The notes under the pieces are model-generated. The model ran no database searches. It was not told the DNA's origin and saw only the letters and a program-made list of their open reading frames with translations. The position numbers and the translations under genes were made by a program. This document shows positions 55,822 to 64,000 of a stretch of DNA of 64,000 nt, one piece after another. This stretch comes from an uncultured Gemmataceae bacterium (lineage in GTDB: Bacteria > Planctomycetota > Planctomycetia > Gemmatales > Gemmataceae), in the NCBI GenBank assembly GCA_963750165.1, contig CAVVPN010000009.1, positions 32,001 through 96,000 on the forward strand. Direction: 5' to 3'. The stretch's first letter is position 1; the number at the start of each line of letters is the position of its first letter.

Positions 55822-58800
55822 ATGTTGCTCCCGCCCCCGCTCCCCGGCTCCCCGGCCACCGCGGACGATCTGCTCGACGCCCTGGATTTCGTCCGCCGCC
55901 GCTTCGAGCAGTGGCACAAGGAGGGCCGCGTCAAGGACGGCCAGTGGCAGGCGCTCACCGAGCACTACGCCAAGCGCCGCGAGCTGATCGACCAGGCCCG
56001 GCAGGCGGGCCAAACCGAATTCACATCCTACCTGCGCCGGCCGAGCGCTGCTGGTCGTGTAACCAGACGCTCACCACGGCCGAGCCGCTGTGCGACCGCT
56101 GCGGGGCGCCGGTGGCCGCGCCGGCGGTGAAGTCCTTCCGCTACCTGGCGTTCCTGGAACAGGAGATCCAGTCCCACGCGAACAACCACCTGCTGCCGCT
56201 GGCGCAGGCGCACGACCTCCTGGCCGACACCCGCCAGCGCGGCATGACCCTGAAAAACCGGCTGGAGTCGGAACGCATCCCGGTGGTTCGGCCGGCCCGC
56301 CCCCGCCGGTTGGAGCCGATCGTGCGGACGCCGCGCCCGGAGGAACCGCGGCGGCCGCTGCTGGAGATCGTGCTCGACCCGCGCAGCACGCAATGGCTGC
56401 TGGCCTGTGGCGGGGCGCTGATGGTCTTCGGCCTGGTCGTCTACCTCTGGATCGCCGGCGTCTTCAGCGACCCGCTGCTCGCCGCCGGCGTGCTCGGCGC
56501 CGGGACGCTGGCGCTGCTGTTGGGCGGCTGGGCACTGGTGCTGCGCACGCGCTACCAGGTGGCGGGCCGGGCGCTGACGCTGCTCGCCTGTCTGGTGATG
56601 CCGCTCAACCTCTGGTTCTACCAGGTGCAGGGCCTGCTCGCCGTCGAGGCCGGCGGCCGCCTCTGGCTGGCGGCCCTCGTCTGCTGTGTGCTTTATCTCG
56701 TCTCCGCCCTGGTGCTGCGCGACGAGTTGTTCGTGTACGTCCTGGTCGCCGGCCTGGCGCTGACGGGGCCGCTGCTCCTGGCCAGCCTCGCCGCGCCGCT
56801 GGCCCACGCGCTGGTGGCGCCGGTGACGCTGCTGGTGGCTCTCGGCCTGGTGTGCGTCCACGCCGAGCGGCTGTTCCCGCCCGCCCCGCGCGCTTCCGGA
56901 GAGGATGAAGCGCGGGCCGAGGCGCCCGGGCCGTTCACGCGGCCGCGCTTCGGCATGGCGTTCTACTGGTCCGGCCACGCCGTGCTGGTCGTCGCTTACA
57001 CCCTCCTGCTGGGCGGCCATCTCTATTCCTGGCTGCGGCCGGTGCTGGAATGGCTGTCGCGGCCCCGCACCCTGCCGCCGCTCGGCCTGGTCACCGACCC
57101 GGTGCAGCAATGGCTGGCGCTGGCCCTGGTGCTGGCGGCGGTGTACGCCTGCCTCTACTCCGACCTCGTGGTCCGTCGCGTCGGCGTGTACATCTACTTC
57201 GCGACGTTCGCGGTGCTCTGGGCGGAGGTGCTCGCCCTGAACCTGGCGGCCGTGGCGGTGCCGACCGAGGTGGTCATCCTGGTGCTGGCCGCCACGGCGC
57301 TGGCCGCCAACCTGCTGCAAACGCCCCTGGCCCGGCGCATCGACGCCTTCGAGCGCAGCGGAGCGCCGCTGGGGCTGTTCCTGAGCACGCTGCCGGTGCT
57401 GCTCGGCCTGGTGCTGCACCTGCGGGCCACCAACCCCGTCTGGCGGCGGGCCTTTCCGTACGAGCCGGGCTGGCTGTTCGTCGCGGCCATGCTGGCGACG
57501 GCGTTGTCGTGCCGCTACGGCGCCTTCCTGTATCGGCGGCAGGCGCCGGCGCTGTCGGCGCTGTACTTTTTCGGCACGGCGGCGGCGACGCTGGTCGGCG
57601 CCGCCGCCCTGCTGTCGGTCCTGGGCGTGACGGCCTGGGCCGACCAGGCGCTCGTGCTCATGCTCATCCCGATCGCCTACCTGGTGGCGTCCCGGCTGTA
57701 CCGCGGCCGGACGCCGGAGCGGCCGCTCGTCTGGGTGGCGCACTCAGCCACGGGGGTGATGCTCCTGGCGGCGCTGGGCAACGGCCTGGAGCGCGTGACG
57801 GGCCTGACGATCGACCCCGTGACGGGGGTGCCGCTCAACCTGCTGCTGGCCGGCTTCTGGCTGGAGGCGGCCGCGTTTTACGTGCTGGCGGCGGTGACGC
57901 GGCGGGAGGCCGGGGCGGTGTACCTGGCGACGCTGACGGGGGCGGCGGCGCTGTGGCAGCTCCTCAGCTACGCCGCGGTCGTGCCGGAGTACCAGGCGCT
58001 GGCGTTCGCGGTGCTGGGGCTGGCGCTGCTGGCGGCCTACCGCTTCGGACTGCTGCACCGCTTCAAGCAGGAGGGGCTGGAGCAGGCGCTGTTCCAGTGC
58101 GCCAACCTGACGCTGTCGCTGGCGTGCGTGGCCGCGGCGCTGGTGGCGATCGGGCGGTTCGGCGACCTGGAAGGCCCCGTGTGGACGGCGGCGCACGTGC
58201 GGCTGCTCGGCCTGCTGGCGGTGACGGTGGCGCTGAGCGGCCTGGCGGTGTGGTGGGTGCCGGACGACGCCTGGCGGCCGTGGTACGTCCTGGTCGCTGC
58301 GGGCGAGGGGCTGCTGGCGCTGCGGACGCTGTACCCGCTGTTGCACCTGACCGCCCTGGAGTCGCTGGAATTGACGGCGATCCTGCTGGGGTTGGTGCTG
58401 CTGGCGGCGGGCCATGTCGGCTGGTATCGCGAGCGGGACCGGCAGAGCGACCTGGTGAGCCTCTGTCTGACGTTCGGCAGCCTGCTGGTGGGGCTGCCGC
58501 TGCTGGTGGCGGTGCTGTGCTACCGCGGCACGGGCCAGTTCCACGCGCCGGACGAGGTGGGCCTGCTGGTGGCGGCCGTCGGGCTGTTCGGCAGTGGGGT
58601 GCTGTTTCATTTGAAAGCGACGACCGTCGTCGGGGCGCTGCTCGGCGCGGTGGGTTTGTTGAGCCTGGCGCTGTTCGTGCGGGTGCCGAGCGCCCTGCAG
58701 ACCGCGGCGGCGGGCATCGCCATCGGTGGGGCGGCGCTATTCCTGGTGGGGCTGCTGCTGAGCATCTACCGCGACCGGCTGCTGGCGCTGCCCGAACACC

Positions 58801-58844
58801 TGCGGCGGCGCGAAGGCGTCTTCCGCGTGCTGACGTGGCGCTGA
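55822..58844 (+). CDS. Large multi-pass membrane protein with N-terminal zinc-ribbon-like motif (frameshift near 56030)
   Basis: GAGG RBS, CWSC..CDRC, many hydrophobic helices, terminal REGVFRVLTWR. Confidence 0.75.
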
Positions 58845-58902
58845 CCCTGCCGCGCCCGCCGCGCCGACACGTGCCGGCGCGGCGGGCGCAAACAGCGCAC
58901 CG

Positions 58903-58918
58903 TGGTACGCGACTTGCT
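58903..58918 (+). promoter_or_regulatory. Putative sigma-54 promoter
   Basis: TGGTACG-N4-TTGCT, about 43 nt upstream of the ATG at 58962. Confidence 0.6.
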
Positions 58919-58961
58919 GTGTTTGCAGCAACGCGAACGATTGTGATGGAGTGACGACCAC

Positions 58962-60353
58962 ATGGCACTCAAAGAGTACCGCACGAAACGCGATTTCCAG
59001 AAGACGCCCGAGCCGGGGCCGAGGACGGAGAAAGGCCACAAGAAGCCGATTTTCGTGATCCAGGAGCACCACGCCAGCCACCTGCACTACGACTTCCGCC
59101 TGGAGGCCGATGGCGTCCTCAAGAGCTGGGCGGTGCCGAAGGAGCCGACGCTTGACCCGGGCGTGAAGCGACTGGCGGTGCAGGTCGAGGACCATCCGCT
59201 GGCCTACGCGACCTTCGCCGGCACCATCCCCGCGGGCGAGTACGGCGCCGGCACCGTGGCGATCTGGGACCACGGCACCTACGACAACCTGCACGCGCGG
59301 CAGACGGTGGCGGAGGGCATCGCCGCGGGCCGGCTGGAGTTCGCGCTGCACGGCGAGAAGCTGAACGGCCGCTTCGCCCTGGTGCGGATGAAAGGGCGGC
59401 AGCGCGGCGGCAAGGAGCAGTGGCTGCTCATCAAGATGAAGGACGAGTATGCGCGTCCCGAGGCCGCTGGTGACGCGCCGAAGCGACTGGCCAAGACCAC
59501 CGCGCCCGCAGAGCCGGTGGCCTGCACGAACGCCGACAAGGTGTGGTTCCCGGACGCGGACATCACCAAGGGCGACGTGTTCGATTTCTACCACCGCATC
59601 GCGCCGCGGCTGCTGCCGTTCCTGCGCGACAGGCCGGTGACGCTGGAACGGCTGCCCGAGGGCATCGCGGCGGGCGGCCCGCACTTCTGGCAGAAGAACA
59701 CGCCCGCGTCCTATCCCGGCTGGCTGCCGCGCGTCGAACTGCCGAGCGAGCGAGGCAAGCCGGTGCAGTACGCGCTCGTCAATGACGTGGACGCGCTGCT
59801 GTACCTCGTCAACCAGGGCACGCTGACGTTTCACGTCTGGTTCTCGCGCGTCCAGGATTTGGAGCGGCCGGACTTTGTGCTGTTCGACCTGGACCCGGGG
59901 CCGGCCGCGTTCGCGGACGTGGTGACGGTCGCCCGCGAACTGCACGCGACTTTGGAAGACCTGAACCGGCTGGCGTTCGTCAAGACCTCCGGCAAAACGG
60001 GCCTGCACGTGCTGGTGCCGTGGCGCGACCCGGGCGGCTATGATGAGGCGCGAGCCTGGGCGTCGGACGTGGCCGGGCGCGTGGCAGCGGCGCTGCCGGA
60101 CGTGGCGACGACGGAGATCCGCAAGGCGAAGCGCGGCGGCCGGGTGTACCTCGATGTGATGCAGAACGCCCGCGGCCATCATGCGGTGCCGCCGTATGTT
60201 GTGCGGCCGGTGCCGGGGGCGCCGGTGTCCACGCCGCTGAACTGGCGCGAGCTGACGGCCGACCTGGACCCGGCTCGCTTCAACCTGCGCACGATCTTCC
60301 GCCGGCTGGCGCGGCAGGCGCACGACCCGATGGCGGGGCCGCTGGACGTATAA
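58962..60353 (+). CDS. LigD-like phosphoesterase plus primase/polymerase fusion without a ligase domain
   Basis: EY..KRDF..TPEP, HYDFRLE, SWAVPK, EDHP; TN.DKV.FP, DLDP, KTSG..GLH. Confidence 0.88.
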   Translation: MALKEYRTKRDFQKTPEPGPRTEKGHKKPIFVIQEHHASHLHYDFRLEADGVLKSWAVPKEPTLDPGVKRLAVQVEDHPLAYATFAGTIPAGEYGAGTVAIWDHGTYDNLHARQTVAEGIAAGRLEFALHGEKLNGRFALVRMKGRQRGGKEQWLLIKMKDEYARPEAAGDAPKRLAKTTAPAEPVACTNADKVWFPDADITKGDVFDFYHRIAPRLLPFLRDRPVTLERLPEGIAAGGPHFWQKNTPASYPGWLPRVELPSERGKPVQYALVNDVDALLYLVNQGTLTFHVWFSRVQDLERPDFVLFDLDPGPAAFADVVTVARELHATLEDLNRLAFVKTSGKTGLHVLVPWRDPGGYDEARAWASDVAGRVAAALPDVATTEIRKAKRGGRVYLDVMQNARGHHAVPPYVVRPVPGAPVSTPLNWRELTADLDPARFNLRTIFRRLARQAHDPMAGPLDV

Positions 60354-60361
60354 CTGTCGTG

Positions 60362-60430
60362 GGCGAGCGGCGCGGCGTCAGCCCGCCGGTAACTTCGCGA
60401 TACCGGCGGGCTGACGCCGCGCCGCTCGCC
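60362..60430. repeat. REP-like palindrome, family B
   Basis: Same arms as 39483-39549. Confidence 0.9.
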
Positions 60431-60524
60431 TTCGTTTTTTCCATAGCGTGCGCGCGGCCGCAGCCGTTACACTTCAAGGGTGCCCACCTTCCTCGCCTGC
60501 GCTACCTCTGGAGTGTGCTCACCG

Positions 60525-63287
60525 ATGCGTTGCCTTTCCGCGCTCGCCGTGGCCTTGCTGTTCGCGTCGCCCACGGCTTTCGCCCAGCAGGACGTTCCCA
60601 AGGTCAGCGACCCGCGCCTGGTCGTCGAACTGTTCGCCCAGGCGCCGGACATCGTCCACCCGATCGCCTGCGCCTGCGACACCCGCGGCCGGTTGCTCGT
60701 GATCGAGAGCCACACGCACTTCGCCCCGAAGAATTACAAGGGTCCGAAGTTCGACCGCATCCGCATGCTGCGCGACACCAAGGGCGCCGGCAAGGCGGAT
60801 CGCATCACCACCTTCTTCGAGGGCACCAGGCACACGATGGACCTGGCCGTACACCCCGATGGCTCGGTTTACGTTGCCACGCGCAACGAAATCCTCCGCC
60901 TGCGCGACACCAAGGGCACGGGCCAGGCCGACGAGAAGACGCGCATCATGTTCCTGGACACGAAGGGCGACTACCCACACAACGGCCTGTCGGGACTGTG
61001 CTTCGACTCGAAGGGCAACCTCTATTTCGGCATGGGCGAGAACCTCGGCGCCGCGTACAAGCTGAGCGGTGCCGATGGCAAGACGTTCTCCGGCCAGGGC
61101 GACGGCGGTCACGTCTTCTGGTGTACCGCCGACGGCAAGCAACTGCGCCGCGTGGCGACCGGCTTCTGGAACCCCTTCGGCTCGTGCCGCGACATTTTCG
61201 GCCGGCTGTTCACGGTGGACAACGACCCGGACCAGTCGCCGCCGTGCCGCATGGTGCATACGGTCGAGGGCGGCGATTACGGCTTTCAGTTCCGCTACGG
61301 CCGCTCGGGCAAGCATCCGTTCCAGTCGTGGCACGGCACCCTGCCCGGTACGCTGCCGATGATGACCGGCGTCGGCGAGTCGCCGTGCGAAATCCTCAGC
61401 TACGAGTCGGACGGCCTGCCGGCGGAGTACCGCGGTCAGCTGCTCGTGACCGCGTGGGCGGACCACCGGGTCGAGCGCTATGCCGTCAAGCCGCGCGGGG
61501 CGTCGTTCAAGGCGGAGCGGCTGCCGTTCGTGCAGGGCGGGCCGGATTTTCGGCCGGTGGGGCTGGCGGTGGCGCCGGACGGGTCGCTGTTCGTCACGGA
61601 CTGGGTGCTGCGCAGTTACACGCTGCACGGCAAGGGGGCGGTATGGCACATCCGGCAGAAGGACGCGAAAAAACAGCCGCGGCCGCAGGATCCGTCCAAG
61701 GCGATCTTCAGCCTGCACCGGCCGCTGCGCGAGGCGGCGGCGAAGCAGTTGGCGAAGGATGAGAAGGGCCGGGACTTCTTGCGGAAGCAGGTGCATCATG
61801 CCGACGTGCGCGTGCGGGCGGCAGCGCTCACGGCGTTGCTCGACGTTGACGATAAGAAAATGGATTTGATGAGCATTGTTGAGAAAGAAACAGAGGTGGG
61901 CCTGCGCGAGTTAGCCGTTCGTGCGCTGGTGCGGCGAAAGGCGTTCGTGGACAAACTGGCGACGCCGAAGTACCCCGGGTCGGTCCGCGCGCTGGCAATC
62001 ACAGGCATGCAATCCTGGTCGGAGCCTGGTGCGACCGGGCCGGAGATCGCGAACGAGGACGATCCGTTTATCCGACATGCGAAAGTCATGGCCGGCGGTT
62101 ACACCGGCAAGGAAGACGTCTCTCCGAGCATCTTCGGCGTGAAACATCGCATCGAAATCTTGTTGTCGTACAGGCGGGCGCCAAAATCGGTGGCCAGTAA
62201 GGATCTGCCCTGGGTGCGTACTTTCCTGAATGATCCCGATGAAACCGTCCGCTTCCTGGCTGTGAAGTGGGTCGCCGACGAGAAACTCACTGATTATCGT
62301 GAGGATGTTGTCAAGGCCCTGAAAAACCCCAATCTCAGTGTCCGCATGCACCTGGCCCTGGCGACCGCGCTCGCCCGCCTCGACGGCCAGGAAGTCAGCG
62401 AAACGCGGCTCGCCGACTACTTCGCGAAGCGCCTCGCCGATGACAAAACGCCACCGGCGCAGCGGGCCATGCTGCTGCGGCAAGTGCCCGCGTCGCATCC
62501 GAAGCTGACGGTCGATCTGCTCACGAAGCTGCTGAAGTCGGATGACGCCGCGCTTAAACTCGAAGCGGTGCGGGCGCTCGCGGAGCACCCGAACCCCAAA
62601 CGCAGCACGCCGCTGCTCGCCGTCTTCCGCGACGCCAAACTCGGCACCGGGTTGCGGGCCTTCGCGCTGCTCGGCCTGGCGGAGCGTGCCCAGGATTACG
62701 CCGACGAGCTGGCCGCCATCGCGAAGGACCAGCAAGCGCCGCTGCGGGCCGACGCGGCGCGGGCGCTGATCGGCGTGAAACTGAAGGGCGGCGCTATCAA
62801 CCGCACGCCGGAGAAGGGCCGGCCGCCGGCGAAGGATTTGGACGCCTGGCTGAAACGCCTGGACGGCCCCGCGGACGCCGCGGCCGGGGCGCGCGTCTTC
62901 TTCCACCCGAAGCTGGCCGGCTGTTACCGCTGCCACCGCATCGACGGCCGCGGCCAGGACGTGGGGCCGGACCTCAGCGGCATTGGCGCCACCGACCGCC
63001 GCCACCTGCTCGAATCGATTCTGCAACCGAGCAACACCGTCGCGCCGCACTACCAGGTGTGGCAGTTGGAGACCGCGGACGGTAAGCTCCGCGACGGGAT
63101 GTTGCTGCATACCAACCTCGACGAATACACTTACCTGGACGCCAGGGGCGGCCGCTTCAAGGTCAACACCCGCGACGTGGTGGAACAGCGAGCGCTGCCG
63201 ATCTCGATCATGCCGACCGGCCTGGTCGATGGCCTGACCGATCAGGAGATGCGCGACCTGCTGGCGTACTTGCAGTCCAGGAAATAA
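60525..63287 (+). CDS. PVC-type membrane-bound dehydrogenase-like protein with HEAT repeats and heme c CxxCH
   Basis: ELFAQAPDIVHP, GFWNPF, FRPV..APDG.LFVTDW, CYRCH, GPDLS, SIMPTGL. Confidence 0.88.
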   Translation: MRCLSALAVALLFASPTAFAQQDVPKVSDPRLVVELFAQAPDIVHPIACACDTRGRLLVIESHTHFAPKNYKGPKFDRIRMLRDTKGAGKADRITTFFEGTRHTMDLAVHPDGSVYVATRNEILRLRDTKGTGQADEKTRIMFLDTKGDYPHNGLSGLCFDSKGNLYFGMGENLGAAYKLSGADGKTFSGQGDGGHVFWCTADGKQLRRVATGFWNPFGSCRDIFGRLFTVDNDPDQSPPCRMVHTVEGGDYGFQFRYGRSGKHPFQSWHGTLPGTLPMMTGVGESPCEILSYESDGLPAEYRGQLLVTAWADHRVERYAVKPRGASFKAERLPFVQGGPDFRPVGLAVAPDGSLFVTDWVLRSYTLHGKGAVWHIRQKDAKKQPRPQDPSKAIFSLHRPLREAAAKQLAKDEKGRDFLRKQVHHADVRVRAAALTALLDVDDKKMDLMSIVEKETEVGLRELAVRALVRRKAFVDKLATPKYPGSVRALAITGMQSWSEPGATGPEIANEDDPFIRHAKVMAGGYTGKEDVSPSIFGVKHRIEILLSYRRAPKSVASKDLPWVRTFLNDPDETVRFLAVKWVADEKLTDYREDVVKALKNPNLSVRMHLALATALARLDGQEVSETRLADYFAKRLADDKTPPAQRAMLLRQVPASHPKLTVDLLTKLLKSDDAALKLEAVRALAEHPNPKRSTPLLAVFRDAKLGTGLRAFALLGLAERAQDYADELAAIAKDQQAPLRADAARALIGVKLKGGAINRTPEKGRPPAKDLDAWLKRLDGPADAAAGARVFFHPKLAGCYRCHRIDGRGQDVGPDLSGIGATDRRHLLESILQPSNTVAPHYQVWQLETADGKLRDGMLLHTNLDEYTYLDARGGRFKVNTRDVVEQRALPISIMPTGLVDGLTDQEMRDLLAYLQSRK

Positions 63288-63292
63288 CACTT

Positions 63293-63365
63293 GGAGGCGA
63301 GCGGCGCGGCGTCAGCCCGCCGGTTCTCGCAGCACCGGCGCGCTGACGCCGCGCCGCTCGCCTCC
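63293..63365. repeat. REP-like palindrome, family B
   Basis: GGAGGCGAGCGGCGCGGCGTCAGC ... GCTGACGCCGCGCCGCTCGCCTCC. Confidence 0.9.
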
Positions 63366-63395
63366 GAATGACATTAACCACGGAGACCACGACCG

Positions 63396-64000
63396 ATGCG
63401 TGCCCTTGCCTTCCTGTTGCTGGCGCTGGCCGGCCCCACCGACCCCGCACCGCAAGATGTCTGGCCGCAGTGGCGCGGCCCCACTCACGACAGCGTCTCC
63501 CCGACCGCCGACCTGCCCACGCGCTGGAGTCCAACCGAGAACGTCGTCTGGAAGACGCCGCTGCCCGGCCGCGGCTACTCCACTCCGGCCATCTGGAAAG
63601 ACGCCATCTTCGTCTCGGCCCAGGACGGCGAGCGGTTGTTGCTGCTGCGGCTCGACCGGGTGAGCGGCAAAATCGTCTGGCAGCGCGAGGTGGGCAAGGG
63701 CACGCCCCGGCGCACGGGCAAGCCCGGCCCCAATCGCTTCCACGACGAGAACAACATGGCCAGCCCGTCGCCGGTGACCGACGGCCGGCACGTCTGGATT
63801 CATTTCGGCAACGGCGACCTGGCCTGCTACGACTTTGACGGCAACCGCACCTGGGCGGTCAGCCTGACGGAGCGCTTCGGCCCGTACACGATCTGGTGGG
63901 GCCACGCCAACACGCCCTGCCTGTTCGGCGACCTGCTCATCACCGCATGTATGCAGGATCCCAGGGGCGGCGGCAAAAGTTACGTCGTCGCCCACGACAA
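63396..64000 (+). CDS. PQQ-binding-like beta-propeller protein (3' partial)
   Basis: Signal peptide, WPQWRGP, NVVWKTPLPG.G.STP, ASPSP.TDG. Confidence 0.85.
   Translation, partial: MRALAFLLLALAGPTDPAPQDVWPQWRGPTHDSVSPTADLPTRWSPTENVVWKTPLPGRGYSTPAIWKDAIFVSAQDGERLLLLRLDRVSGKIVWQREVGKGTPRRTGKPGPNRFHDENNMASPSPVTDGRHVWIHFGNGDLACYDFDGNRTWAVSLTERFGPYTIWWGHANTPCLFGDLLITACMQDPRGGGKSYVVAHD

Overview
High-GC bacterial DNA, very likely Planctomycetota (Gemmataceae-like), judged from lineage-typical families: LEPR-XLL, TIGR02996, TIGR03000, TIGR03067, TIGR02999 ECF sigma/Ser-Thr kinase pairs and a PVC-type CxxCH protein. Housekeeping genes (ettA, RluA-family synthase, trpF, ahcY, msrB, uvrB, ABC transporters) alternate with accessory modules. 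These include a giant secreted protein running off the left edge, ECF/kinase/secreted-protein units, PEP-CTERM genes, an orphan McrB-like GTPase, toxin-antitoxin pairs and a ligase-less LigD. About 12 frameshifts, some in conserved genes, point to uncorrected assembly indels. I saw no rRNA, tRNA, CRISPR array, integrase or intact transposase. Most notable observations: (1) the uvrB 3' end occurs three times in direct orientation, bracketing two cargo cassettes with no integrase; (2) a ~120-nt conserved upstream element with a TCCRGG-N12-CCYGGA dyad precedes two unrelated secreted-protein genes 21 kb apart; (3) a perfect 76-bp REP-like palindrome is read in frame inside the McrB-like gene; (4) two TIGR03000 proteins share an unnamed NFYxSPxGxIDPI motif. 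All family assignments come from motif recognition by eye, not from database searches.
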